Source of the DNA: Escherichia coli
Lineage (GTDB): Bacteria; Pseudomonadota; Gammaproteobacteria; Enterobacterales; Enterobacteriaceae
NCBI RefSeq assembly: GCF_024298765.1
Contig: NZ_CP101210.1
Reading direction: 5' to 3' (one strand)
Length of the DNA: 64,000 nt
In this document: positions 11,685 to 21,917 of the stretch, piece after piece
Layout: each line of letters starts with the position of its first letter
Numbering within the stretch: position 1 is the first letter of the stretch
Position numbers and translations under genes: made by a program
Notes under the pieces: generated by a model
Told to the model about the DNA's origin: nothing
The model's database searches: none
Seen by the model: the letters and a program-made list of their open reading frames with translations, nothing else

Positions 11685-13661
11685 ATGTCTGACGACATGT
11701 CTATGGGTTTGCCTTCGTCAGCGGGCGAACACGGTGTACTACGCTCCATGCAGGAGGTTGCAATGAGCTCCCAGGAAGCCAGCAAGATGCTGCGTACTTA
11801 CAATATTGCCTGGTGGGGCAATAACTACTATGACGTTAACGAGCTGGGCCACATTAGCGTGTGCCCGGACCCGGACGTCCCGGAAGCTCGCGTCGATCTC
11901 GCGCAGTTAGTGAAAACTCGTGAAGCACAGGGCCAGCGTCTGCCTGCACTGTTCTGTTTCCCACAGATCCTGCAGCACCGTTTGCGTTCTATTAACGCCG
12001 CGTTCAAACGTGCGCGGGAATCCTACGGCTATAACGGCGATTACTTCCTCGTTTATCCGATCAAAGTTAACCAGCACCGCCGCGTGATTGAGTCCCTGAT
12101 TCATTCGGGCGAACCGCTGGGCCTGGAAGCCGGTTCCAAAGCGGAGTTGATGGCGGTGCTGGCACATGCTGGCATGACCCGTAGCGTCATCGTCTGCAAC
12201 GGTTATAAGGACCGCGAATATATCCGCCTGGCATTAATTGGCGAGAAGATGGGCCACAAGGTCTATCTGGTCATTGAGAAGATGTCAGAAATTGCCATTG
12301 TGCTGGATGAAGCAGAACGTCTGAATGTCGTTCCTCGTCTGGGCGTGCGTGCACGTCTGGCTTCGCAGGGCTCGGGTAAATGGCAGTCCTCCGGCGGGGA
12401 AAAATCGAAGTTCGGCCTGGCGGCGACTCAGGTACTGCAACTGGTTGAAACCCTGCGTGAAGCCGGGCGTCTCGACAGCCTGCAACTGCTGCACTTCCAC
12501 CTCGGTTCGCAGATGGCTAATATTCGCGATATCGCGACAGGCGTTCGTGAATCCGCGCGTTTCTATGTGGAACTGCACAAGCTGGGCGTCAATATTCAGT
12601 GCTTCGACGTTGGCGGCGGTCTGGGCGTGGACTATGAAGGCACCCGTTCGCAGTCCGACTGTTCGGTGAACTACGGCCTCAATGAATACGCCAACAACAT
12701 CATCTGGGCGATTGGTGATGCGTGTGAAGAAAATGGTCTGCCACATCCGACGGTAATCACCGAGTCGGGTCGTGCGGTGACTGCGCATCACACCGTGCTG
12801 GTGTCGAATATCATCGGCGTGGAACGTAACGAATACACGGTGCCGACCGCGCCTGCAGAAGACGCACCGCGCGCCCTGCAAAGCATGTGGGAAACCTGGC
12901 AGGAGATGCACGAACCGGGAACTCGTCGTTCTCTGCGTGAATGGTTACACGACAGCCAGATGGATCTGCACGATATTCATATCGGCTACTCTTCCGGCAC
13001 CTTTAGCCTGCAAGAACGTGCATGGGCAGAACAACTCTATCTGAGCATGTGCCATGAAGTGCAGAAGCAACTGGATCCGCAAAACCGTGCGCATCGTCCG
13101 ATTATCGACGAGCTGCAGGAACGTATGGCTGACAAAATGTACGTCAACTTCTCGCTGTTCCAGTCGATGCCGGACGCATGGGGGATCGACCAGTTGTTCC
13201 CGGTTCTGCCGCTGGAAGGGTTGGATCAAGTGCCGGAGCGCCGCGCTGTGCTGCTGGATATTACCTGTGATTCTGACGGTGCTATTGATCACTACATCGA
13301 TGGTGATGGTATTGCCACGACAATGCCAATGCCGGAGTACGATCCAGAGAATCCGCCGATGCTCGGTTTCTTCATGGTCGGCGCATATCAGGAGATCCTC
13401 GGCAACATGCACAACCTGTTCGGTGATACCGAAGCGGTTGACGTGTTCGTCTTCCCTGACGGCAGCGTAGAAGTAGAACTGTCTGACGAAGGCGATACCG
13501 TGGCGGATATGCTGCAATATGTACAGCTCGATCCGAAAACGTTGTTAACCCAGTTCCGTGATCAAGTGAAGAAAACCGATCTTGATGCTGAACTGCAACA
13601 ACAGTTCCTTGAAGAGTTCGAGGCAGGTTTGTACGGTTATACCTATCTTGAAGATGAATAA
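11685..13661 (+). CDS. speA: Biosynthetic arginine decarboxylase SpeA (658 aa)
   Basis: ORF 11673..13661 trimmed to [19 protein letters not shown]. Confidence 0.95.
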
Positions 13662-13678
13662 TTAAGATTATTCCGCTG

Positions 13679-13720
13679 GCGGGTCGATTTATTTACGTAA
13701 ATCGGCCCGCTTTCTTTTTA
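13679..13720 (+). terminator. Rho-independent terminator after speA
   Basis: 13-bp stem gcgggtcgattta / taaatcggcccgc, loop tttacg, then tttcttttta. Confidence 0.6.
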
Positions 13721-13806
13721 TATATTCTTAAAAATAATTTAGCTGCTTTTCTTATTAAATAATCTCCCTACAATCGCTGCATTAATTAAATGCAGAGGGA
13801 ACGGTT

Positions 13807-14538
13807 ATGAAAAAAGGGAAAGTACGTAGCGCGTTGATAGCATTAGCCGTGCTGCTGGCCGGTTGTTCCAGTAATGCGCAGTATAATAGCAGTGCATCAG
13901 GCAATGTCGGCACCGCCTGGGGTGGGGATGTGCACTCAACGGTTCAGGGCGTATCTGCTGAGCGAGCTTGGCGCGATCCGGCAGAGATGATCGTTATTAG
14001 TTATTCGACGACTGTTCCTTCGGGCTACGACCGCGTTTATAGCATTCGTATTAACGAACTTGAATATGCTATTCGCGATGGTAATTTTAATTCTCTACCT
14101 ATTACGCGGGTTTATGATTCGTCAAATAATGAACCACGCTATATTGTCCATGCCAGAGTAGGAATGAATTATCAATTATATGTCCGCAATTACAGTCGTA
14201 ACACCAACTACGAGATCGTTGCTACGGTTGATGGCCTGGATGTGCTGAACGGCAAGCAAGGTTCGCTGAATAACAACGGCTATATTGTGAATGCCGGAGA
14301 TTCGTTAGCGATTAAAGGATTCCGCAAAGATAAACATACCGAAGCGGCTTTTCAGTTCGCCAACGTTGCTGATTCCTACGCAGCCAATTCGGCGCAAGGC
14401 GATGTGCGTAATACCGGTGTAATCGGCTTTGCCGCCTTTGAATTACAAGGCCCGGCGCAAAACGCGCTGCCGCCGTGCTCTGGACAAGCCTTTCCGGCAG
14501 ATAACAATGGCTATGCGCCGCCACCGTGTCGGAAATAG
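13807..14538 (+). CDS. Putative outer-membrane lipoprotein of unknown function (243 aa); candidate accessory gene
   Basis: ORF begins MKKGKVRSALIALAVLLAGCSS: a signal peptide with lipobox LLAG|C and Ser at +2. Mature part is Asn/Ser/Tyr/Gly-rich with two C-terminal Cys. Central portion looks AT-rich. Its own SD (gagggaa) and flanking terminators. Confidence 0.7.
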   Translation: MKKGKVRSALIALAVLLAGCSSNAQYNSSASGNVGTAWGGDVHSTVQGVSAERAWRDPAEMIVISYSTTVPSGYDRVYSIRINELEYAIRDGNFNSLPITRVYDSSNNEPRYIVHARVGMNYQLYVRNYSRNTNYEIVATVDGLDVLNGKQGSLNNNGYIVNAGDSLAIKGFRKDKHTEAAFQFANVADSYAANSAQGDVRNTGVIGFAAFELQGPAQNALPPCSGQAFPADNNGYAPPPCRK

Positions 14539-14603
14539 CAACCTCGCTTGATGCCTCGCCCATTTAAGGCGATAATTAGCACAAAATTGTGTTTCGCAAA
14601 TCC

Positions 14604-14646
14604 AACCCTTCCTCGTCGGGCCTAACGACGCGGAAGGGTTTTTTTA
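14604..14646 (+). terminator. Rho-independent terminator between the lipoprotein ORF and speB
   Basis: Hairpin cccttcctcgtcg...cgacgcggaaggg followed by ttttttta. Confidence 0.55.
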
Positions 14647-14673
14647 TATCGACTTTGTAATAGGAGTCCATCC

Positions 14674-15594
14674 ATGAGCACCTTAGGTCATCAATACGAT
14701 AACTCACTGGTTTCCAACGCCTTTGGTTTTTTACGCCTGCCGATGAACTTCCAGCCGTATGACAGCGATGCTGACTGGGTGATTACTGGCGTGCCGTTCG
14801 ATATGGCCACTTCTGGCCGTGCGGGGGGGCGCCACGGTCCGGCAGCGATCCGTCAGGTTTCGACGAATCTGGCCTGGGAACACAACCGCTTCCCGTGGAA
14901 TTTCGACATGCGTGAGCGCCTGAACGTGGTGGACTGCGGTGATCTGGTATATGCCTTCGGCGATGCCCGTGAGATGAGCGAGAAGCTGCAGGCACACGCC
15001 GAGAAGCTGCTGGCTGCCGGTAAGCGTATGCTCTCCTTCGGTGGTGACCACTTTGTTACGCTGCCGCTGCTGCGTGCTCATGCGAAGCATTTCGGCAAAA
15101 TGGCGCTGGTACACTTTGACGCCCACACCGATACCTATGCGAACGGTTGTGAATTTGACCACGGCACCATGTTCTATACCGCGCCGAAAGAAGGTCTGAT
15201 CGACCCGAATCATTCCGTGCAGATTGGTATTCGTACCGAGTTTGATAAAGACAACGGCTTTACCGTGCTGGACGCCTGCCAGGTGAACGATCGCAGCGTG
15301 GATGACGTTATCGCCCAGGTGAAACAGATTGTGGGTGATATGCCGGTTTACCTGACCTTTGATATCGATTGCCTGGACCCTGCATTTGCACCAGGCACCG
15401 GTACGCCGGTAATTGGCGGCCTGACCTCCGATCGCGCCATTAAACTGGTACGCGGCCTGAAAGATCTCAACATCGTTGGGATGGACGTAGTGGAGGTGGC
15501 TCCGGCATACGATCAGTCGGAAATCACCGCTCTGGCAGCGGCGACGCTGGCGCTGGAGATGCTGTATATTCAGGCGGCGAAAAAGGGCGAGTAA
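14674..15594 (+). CDS. speB: Agmatinase SpeB (306 aa)
   Basis: ORF 14674..15594; translation [23 protein letters not shown]... matches recalled SpeB. Confidence 0.95.
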   Translation: MSTLGHQYDNSLVSNAFGFLRLPMNFQPYDSDADWVITGVPFDMATSGRAGGRHGPAAIRQVSTNLAWEHNRFPWNFDMRERLNVVDCGDLVYAFGDAREMSEKLQAHAEKLLAAGKRMLSFGGDHFVTLPLLRAHAKHFGKMALVHFDAHTDTYANGCEFDHGTMFYTAPKEGLIDPNHSVQIGIRTEFDKDNGFTVLDACQVNDRSVDDVIAQVKQIVGDMPVYLTFDIDCLDPAFAPGTGTPVIGGLTSDRAIKLVRGLKDLNIVGMDVVEVAPAYDQSEITALAAATLALEMLYIQAAKKGE

Positions 15595-15631
15595 GCGCCA
15601 GATAAGAGGCGCACGGGTGATGTGCCATTAA

Positions 15632-15668
<37 letters not shown>

Positions 15669-15684
15669 TCGGCACTACCTGGCT

Positions 15685-16443
15685 TTACTTAACTCCATCC
15701 GCGCTCATACGATCGCGAATATGCTGGGCGCGTTCGGCGGATGCAGGATGGTCGTCAAACATTGAGCTTTGGCGGCCTTCTTCCAGTTTCGCCAGTTTTT
15801 CAAAGCTGGTGGCAAGACCTGCCGGGCTGATACCGCGTTGGCGCAGCAAATCGTAGGAGTAATCATCGGCCTCTGATTCCTGACGTTGGGTAAATTGCGA
15901 ATTGACTAGCTTTTCGCCCAGGTCTCCCAGTTGTGATTGTGACAAACTGCCGACAATTCCGCCTGCAGAGGCTGCCGCAACGCGAATTGCGTTTGTACCA
16001 AGTGCTACCTGCATTCCTTTCTTCACATGGCCTAATGCCACGTGCCCCATTTCGTGACCGAGCACCGCTTCGACTTCGTTATCCGTCATCATATCCATCA
16101 GCCCGCTATAGACGCGGATACAGCCGTTAGCCATTGCAAAGGCGTTCACATCCTTCGCCATATACACTTTGTAATTCACCGGCTGACCGTTGATATTGTT
16201 GCCTAGCGCATTGGCAATAGTTGTCAGACGTTTAGCGTATTCGCTATTGGCTGGCGCAATCGTCGCCTTGCTGTCCATCTCCTGACATGCCTGATCGCTC
16301 AGGGTTTTCACCTGCGCATCACTCAAACTGTAAGCCTGAAAAGCTTCCGCTCCTGATGAGAGCAGTCCGTTGGAGTCCATATTCTGGCAACCGGTCAGTA
16401 CCGTTGCCACGCTCATTGCTACCAATAAGGCGCGAATTTTCAT
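15685..16443 (-). CDS. loiP: Outer-membrane metalloprotease LoiP (YggG, M48 family, 252 aa)
   Basis: ORF 15685..16662 trimmed to MKIRALLVAMSVATVLTGC (lipobox); HEMGH zinc motif. Confidence 0.85.
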   Translation of the reverse strand: MKIRALLVAMSVATVLTGCQNMDSNGLLSSGAEAFQAYSLSDAQVKTLSDQACQEMDSKATIAPANSEYAKRLTTIANALGNNINGQPVNYKVYMAKDVNAFAMANGCIRVYSGLMDMMTDNEVEAVLGHEMGHVALGHVKKGMQVALGTNAIRVAAASAGGIVGSLSQSQLGDLGEKLVNSQFTQRQESEADDYSYDLLRQRGISPAGLATSFEKLAKLEEGRQSSMFDDHPASAERAQHIRDRMSADGVK

Positions 16444-16720
16444 GTTTTCTCTTCCGCACAAGGTCAGGATTATTCTAAAAATGCGCCGTTTGCAGGTGAA
16501 TCGACGCTCAGTCTCAGTATAAGGAAAAGCGCAGCGGACGGGCGAGCAGATTGCGCAACATGCGAGCATGATCCAGAGATTTCTGAAGCGGCAAAAGGAT
16601 GTTCCATGTACATGACGCGCGGCTTGCGGTAAATTGTTGGCAAATTTTCCGGCGTAGCCCAAAACGCGCTGTCGTCAAGTCGTTAAGGGCGTGCCCTTCA
16701 TCATCCGATCTGGAGTCAAA

Positions 16721-18712
16721 ATGTCCTCACGTAAAGAGCTTGCCAATGCTATTCGTGCGCTGAGCATGGACGCAGTACAGAAAGCCAAATCCGGTCACCC
16801 GGGTGCCCCTATGGGTATGGCTGACATTGCCGAAGTCCTGTGGCGTGATTTCCTGAAACACAACCCGCAGAATCCGTCCTGGGCTGACCGTGACCGCTTC
16901 GTGCTGTCCAACGGCCACGGCTCCATGCTGATCTACAGCCTGCTGCACCTCACCGGTTACGATCTGCCGATGGAAGAACTGAAAAACTTCCGTCAGCTGC
17001 ACTCTAAAACTCCGGGCCACCCGGAAGTGGGTTACACCGCTGGCGTGGAAACCACTACAGGTCCGCTGGGTCAGGGTATTGCCAACGCAGTCGGTATGGC
17101 GATTGCAGAAAAAACGCTGGCGGCGCAGTTTAACCGTCCGGGCCACGACATCGTCGACCACTACACCTACGCCTTCATGGGCGACGGCTGCATGATGGAA
17201 GGCATCTCCCACGAAGTTTGTTCTCTGGCGGGTACGCTGAAGCTGGGTAAACTGATTGCGTTCTACGATGACAACGGTATCTCTATCGATGGTCACGTTG
17301 AAGGCTGGTTCACCGACGACACCGCAATGCGTTTCGAAGCTTACGGCTGGCACGTTATTCGCGGCATCGACGGTCATGACGCGGCATCCATCAAACGCGC
17401 AGTAGAAGAAGCGCGCGCAGTGACTGACAAACCGTCCCTGCTGATGTGCAAAACCATCATCGGTTTCGGTTCCCCGAACAAAGCCGGTACGCACGACTCC
17501 CACGGTGCGCCGCTGGGCGACGCTGAAATTGCCCTGACCCGCGAACAGCTGGGCTGGAAATATGCACCGTTCGAAATCCCGTCTGAAATCTATGCTCAGT
17601 GGGATGCGAAAGAAGCAGGCCAGGCGAAAGAATCCGCATGGAACGAGAAATTCGCTGCTTACGCGAAAGCTTATCCGCAGGAAGCCGCTGAATTTACCCG
17701 CCGTATGAAAGGCGAAATGCCGTCTGACTTCGACGCCAAAGCGAAAGAGTTCATCGCTAAACTGCAGGCTAACCCGGCGAAAATCGCCAGCCGTAAAGCG
17801 TCTCAGAATGCGATTGAAGCGTTCGGCCCGCTGTTGCCGGAATTCCTCGGCGGCTCTGCTGACCTGGCACCGTCTAACCTGACCCTGTGGTCTGGTTCTA
17901 AAGCAATCAACGAAGATGCTGCGGGTAACTACATCCACTACGGTGTTCGCGAGTTCGGTATGACCGCGATTGCTAACGGTATCTCCCTGCACGGTGGCTT
18001 CCTGCCGTACACCTCCACCTTCCTGATGTTCGTGGAATACGCACGTAACGCCGTACGTATGGCTGCGCTGATGAAACAGCGTCAGGTGATGGTTTACACC
18101 CACGACTCCATCGGTCTGGGCGAAGATGGCCCGACTCACCAGCCGGTTGAGCAGGTCGCTTCACTGCGCGTGACCCCGAACATGTCCACATGGCGTCCGT
18201 GTGACCAGGTTGAATCCGCGGTCGCGTGGAAATACGGCGTTGAGCGTCAGGACGGCCCGACTGCGCTTATCCTCTCCCGTCAGAACCTGGCGCAGCAGGA
18301 ACGTACTGAAGAGCAGCTGGCAAACATCGCGCGCGGTGGTTATGTGCTGAAAGACTGTGCCGGTCAGCCGGAACTGATCTTCATCGCGACCGGTTCTGAA
18401 GTTGAACTGGCGGTTGCTGCCTACGAAAAACTGACTGCTGAAGGCGTGAAAGCGCGCGTGGTTTCCATGCCGTCTACCGACGCGTTCGACAAGCAGGATG
18501 CGGCTTACCGTGAGTCTGTACTGCCGAAAGCGGTTACTGCACGCGTTGCGGTGGAAGCGGGTATTGCTGACTACTGGTACAAGTATGTTGGCCTGAACGG
18601 TGCTATCGTCGGCATGACCACCTTCGGTGAATCTGCTCCGGCAGAGCTGCTGTTTGAAGAGTTCGGCTTCACCGTTGACAACGTTGTTGCGAAAGCGAAA
18701 GCGCTGCTGTAA
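16721..18712 (+). CDS. tktA: Transketolase 1 TktA (663 aa)
   Basis: ORF 16691..18712 trimmed to [19 protein letters not shown]. Confidence 0.95.
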   Translation: MSSRKELANAIRALSMDAVQKAKSGHPGAPMGMADIAEVLWRDFLKHNPQNPSWADRDRFVLSNGHGSMLIYSLLHLTGYDLPMEELKNFRQLHSKTPGHPEVGYTAGVETTTGPLGQGIANAVGMAIAEKTLAAQFNRPGHDIVDHYTYAFMGDGCMMEGISHEVCSLAGTLKLGKLIAFYDDNGISIDGHVEGWFTDDTAMRFEAYGWHVIRGIDGHDAASIKRAVEEARAVTDKPSLLMCKTIIGFGSPNKAGTHDSHGAPLGDAEIALTREQLGWKYAPFEIPSEIYAQWDAKEAGQAKESAWNEKFAAYAKAYPQEAAEFTRRMKGEMPSDFDAKAKEFIAKLQANPAKIASRKASQNAIEAFGPLLPEFLGGSADLAPSNLTLWSGSKAINEDAAGNYIHYGVREFGMTAIANGISLHGGFLPYTSTFLMFVEYARNAVRMAALMKQRQVMVYTHDSIGLGEDGPTHQPVEQVASLRVTPNMSTWRPCDQVESAVAWKYGVERQDGPTALILSRQNLAQQERTEEQLANIARGGYVLKDCAGQPELIFIATGSEVELAVAAYEKLTAEGVKARVVSMPSTDAFDKQDAAYRESVLPKAVTARVAVEAGIADYWYKYVGLNGAIVGMTTFGESAPAELLFEEFGFTVDNVVAKAKALL

Positions 18713-18734
18713 TCGGTAAGATGCTTTGTGAGAA

Positions 18735-18759
18735 GGGCCGCGAAAGCGGCCCTTTTTTT
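18735..18759 (+). terminator. Rho-independent terminator of tktA
   Basis: gggccgcgaaagcggccc followed by ttttttt; the T-run overlaps the stop codon of the convergent SPFH gene. Confidence 0.65.
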
Positions 18760-19666
18760 ACTTAGTAGAGATAAACGGAACTGTACTGCCGGGGATCATG
18801 GTATCGGGTAGCTTACCGTCCCAACGCTCAGCAGTGGTGAGGGCAACAAGTCCGGGATTATCCCGCAGAGCTTCACCGCGCAGGCGGATCGCTTCTGCTT
18901 CAGCCGCACTTTTTAAACGAATAGTTTCAGCCTCTGCCGCGCCTCTTACGCGAATAGTCTCAGCTTCTGCTTTGGCTGCCGCCAGTTTACTGTCTGCTTC
19001 AGCCTGGGCCTGAGTTACTGCTATTTGCGCCTGGATTTTCTCTGTTTCCAGATTTTGCTTACGTGTGGCAATGGCGACTTCTGCTTTCATTCGATCTTCA
19101 ATCGATTTTTCATAAGCGTCAGAAAAATCAATATTTTCAATCTGGACACCATCAATCACCACCGGGCCAACAACGGCTTTACGCATTGCATTTTGCAGAT
19201 CCTGAACCAGTTTTGTACGATCCTGTACCGCGCTGATGGCGGTATATTGGCCGAAAACGTTCTCCAGTTGAGTTGGCAGCTGGCGGACGATCAGACGCTC
19301 TTTTAAAGATTCAATGGTGTTGTAGGTTGTATAAACTGCGCCAGCTTCTGAAGGTTTAATGTGGAAGCTGACTGATACTGTCATTTGTGCCGGTTGCTGG
19401 TCGCGGCTGTAGGCCTGTAATCCCTGATAAACCACAGCCTGATTACGCGTGGAAATTTTCTCCACGCTTTCCATAAAAGGGATCTTAAAACCCAGACCCG
19501 GCTCGGCAACTTTTACGATTTTTCCGTAGCGCAGCAAAATGCCGCGTTCACCTTCATTAACGGTGTAATACGAGAGAAATGGCAGCACAACCACGGCAAG
19601 CACGCCAATGACGATAGCAATAGATTTTTGTGGGCGAAATGAGGTTATTGAAACAGGTGCTTTCAT
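18758..19666 (-). CDS. SPFH/band-7 (prohibitin/HflC-like) membrane protein with C-terminal repeat-containing coiled coil (302 aa); candidate accessory gene
   Basis: ORF 18758..19666 with SD aaggaag 7 nt upstream; N-terminal TM helix (IAIVIGVLAVVVLPF) followed by an SPFH-like region; C-terminal AEAETIRVRGA/AEAETIRLKSA/AEAEAIRLRGE repeats. Confidence 0.8.
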   Translation of the reverse strand: MKAPVSITSFRPQKSIAIVIGVLAVVVLPFLSYYTVNEGERGILLRYGKIVKVAEPGLGFKIPFMESVEKISTRNQAVVYQGLQAYSRDQQPAQMTVSVSFHIKPSEAGAVYTTYNTIESLKERLIVRQLPTQLENVFGQYTAISAVQDRTKLVQDLQNAMRKAVVGPVVIDGVQIENIDFSDAYEKSIEDRMKAEVAIATRKQNLETEKIQAQIAVTQAQAEADSKLAAAKAEAETIRVRGAAEAETIRLKSAAEAEAIRLRGEALRDNPGLVALTTAERWDGKLPDTMIPGSTVPFISTK

Positions 19667-20043
19667 GACAATCTTCCTTGAGTAAAGTGTGGGAATATGT
19701 CACATGAGGTGAGGAGAAAACAGCCTACAGGTGAGAATTCAGAATCTATAAAGGGGTATAGCGAAAAAACATTGCATTAAAAAAGTATGTTTTCGGACAT
19801 TCAATAAATAAATGGCGATATGTATCACAAATACAACAACAATCAAAATGTTGATTTTGTGATAAACATAACAAATACAAAGTTGACTTTAAAAATATCA
19901 ATTTCATTTTGTTGTTATTTAAAGTTTTATTATTTTTGTTCATGGGGTTTTTCTTCTCGCGTACCCAATTGCTTTCATTAAACCGCACGAGTATTTTATT
20001 TTTACCGCCGGACGGTACCCTAAAAATAAAATAAGGATAATTT

Positions 20044-20487
20044 ATGCGGCTTATTGATTATTTTCCAGAATCATCAATCTCAGTTATACATTCAGCAAAA
20101 GATTGGCAGGAAGCTATCGATTTCTCGATGGCATCATTGCTGGATAAAAACTATATCAGCGAGAATTACATTCAGGCAATTAAAGATTCCACCATTAACA
20201 ATGGCCCTTATTATATTCTCGCACCAGGCGTGGCAATGCCTCATGCGCGACCGGAATGTGGGGCGCTTAAAACCGGGATGTCTTTGACATTACTTGAACA
20301 AGGTGTTTATTTTCCGGGGAATGACGAACCAATTAAATTACTCATCGGACTCTCTGCTGCCGATGCCGATTCGCACATTGGCGCTATTCAGGCGTTAAGT
20401 GAATTACTGTGCGAAGAAGAAATACTCGAACAACTCTTAACAGCATCATCAGAAAAACAATTAGCGGACATTATCAGCCGCGGATAA
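20044..20487 (+). CDS. cmtB: Mannitol-type PTS EIIA component CmtB (147 aa)
   Basis: ORF 20044..20487; translation matches recalled CmtB. Confidence 0.85.
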   Translation: MRLIDYFPESSISVIHSAKDWQEAIDFSMASLLDKNYISENYIQAIKDSTINNGPYYILAPGVAMPHARPECGALKTGMSLTLLEQGVYFPGNDEPIKLLIGLSAADADSHIGAIQALSELLCEEEILEQLLTASSEKQLADIISRG

Positions 20488-20514
20488 TTACTCTCTCCTC
20501 TACAGGATAATATT

Positions 20515-21903
20515 ATGGAAAACAAGTCTGCTCGTGCAAAGGTCCAGGCTTTTGGGGGCTTTTTGACGGCAATGGTCATCCCCAATATTGGTGCTTTTAT
20601 TGCCTGGGGTTTTATTACTGCGTTATTTATTCCCACCGGTTGGCTGCCTAACGAACATTTCGCCAAAATTGTCGGCCCGATGATTACCTATTTATTGCCC
20701 GTGATGATTGGTTCTACCGGTGGTCATCTGGCCGGCGGTAAACGCGGCGCGGTCATGGGCGGAATAGGTACTATTGGTGTGATCGTCGGCGCAGAGATCC
20801 CGATGTTCCTTGGCTCAATGATTATGGGGCCGCTCGGTGGTCTGGTGATTAAATATATCGACAAGGCGCTGGAAAAGCGGATCCCTGCTGGTTTTGAGAT
20901 GGTTATCAATAACTTCTCATTAGGTATCGTGGGGATGCTCCTTTGTCTGCTGGGTTTTGAAGTGATCGGCCCTGCGGTGTTAATTGCCAATACTTTCGTC
21001 AAAGAGTGTATTGAGGCGCTGGTACATGCGGGTTATCTGCCTTTGCTGTCAGTCATCAATGAACCGGCGAAAGTGCTTTTCCTTAATAATGCGATCGATC
21101 AGGGCGTCTATTACCCGTTGGGGATGCAACAGGCTTCAGTTAACGGTAAATCCATCTTCTTTATGGTGGCGTCCAACCCTGGGCCTGGCTTAGGACTGTT
21201 GCTGGCGTTTACTTTGTTTGGTAAAGGGATGAGTAAACGTTCTGCGCCCGGGGCGATGATTATTCACTTCCTCGGTGGGATCCACGAACTGTATTTCCCG
21301 TATGTGCTGATGAAGCCGCTGACCATTATTGCCATGATTGCGGGCGGTATGTCTGGCACCTGGATGTTTAACTTACTGGACGGTGGTCTGGTGGCTGGTC
21401 CAAGTCCGGGGTCTATCTTTGCTTACCTGGCACTGACGCCGAAAGGCTCGTTCCTGGCGACAATTGCCGGTGTTACGGTAGGTACCCTGGTGTCCTTTGC
21501 TATCACTTCCGTAATACTGAAGATGGAAAAAACGGTGGAAACGGAGAGCGAAGATGAGTTTGCTCAGTCAGCCAATGCGGTTAAGGCGATGAAACAAGAG
21601 GGTGCATTCTCGTTAAGCCGGGTTAAGCGAATCGCCTTTGTTTGCGATGCGGGGATGGGCTCCAGCGCGATGGGCGCAACCACCTTCCGTAAACGTCTGG
21701 AAAAAGCGGGGCTGGCAATTGAAGTAAAACATTACGCGATAGAAAACGTGCCTGCGGATGCGGATATCGTCGTTACTCACGCCAGTCTGGAAGGGCGCGT
21801 GAAACGTGTGACGGATAAACCACTGATATTGATTAATAACTATATTGGCGATCCAAAACTCGACACTTTATTTAATCAATTAACCGCTGAACATAAACAC
21901 TGA
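20515..21903 (+). CDS. cmtA: Mannitol-type PTS EIICB component CmtA (462 aa)
   Basis: ORF 20515..21903; polytopic membrane protein with a C-terminal EIIB-like region. Confidence 0.9.
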   Translation: MENKSARAKVQAFGGFLTAMVIPNIGAFIAWGFITALFIPTGWLPNEHFAKIVGPMITYLLPVMIGSTGGHLAGGKRGAVMGGIGTIGVIVGAEIPMFLGSMIMGPLGGLVIKYIDKALEKRIPAGFEMVINNFSLGIVGMLLCLLGFEVIGPAVLIANTFVKECIEALVHAGYLPLLSVINEPAKVLFLNNAIDQGVYYPLGMQQASVNGKSIFFMVASNPGPGLGLLLAFTLFGKGMSKRSAPGAMIIHFLGGIHELYFPYVLMKPLTIIAMIAGGMSGTWMFNLLDGGLVAGPSPGSIFAYLALTPKGSFLATIAGVTVGTLVSFAITSVILKMEKTVETESEDEFAQSANAVKAMKQEGAFSLSRVKRIAFVCDAGMGSSAMGATTFRKRLEKAGLAIEVKHYAIENVPADADIVVTHASLEGRVKRVTDKPLILINNYIGDPKLDTLFNQLTAEHKH

Positions 21904-21917
21904 TTACAGAGGTAAAA

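Noticed and set aside
12285-12911. 208-aa ORF antisense to speA
   Set aside because: Shadow ORF inside speA.
16727-18139. 470-aa ORF antisense to tktA
   Set aside because: Lies wholly inside the well-supported tktA gene on the opposite strand; low-complexity Arg/Val/Phe-rich translation typical of a shadow ORF in a codon-biased gene.
19746-19988. 80-aa Cys/Asn-rich ORF in the AT-rich spacer upstream of cmtB
   Set aside because: Sits in a roughly 28% GC promoter-like tract with a low-complexity translation and no SD; most likely a chance ORF.
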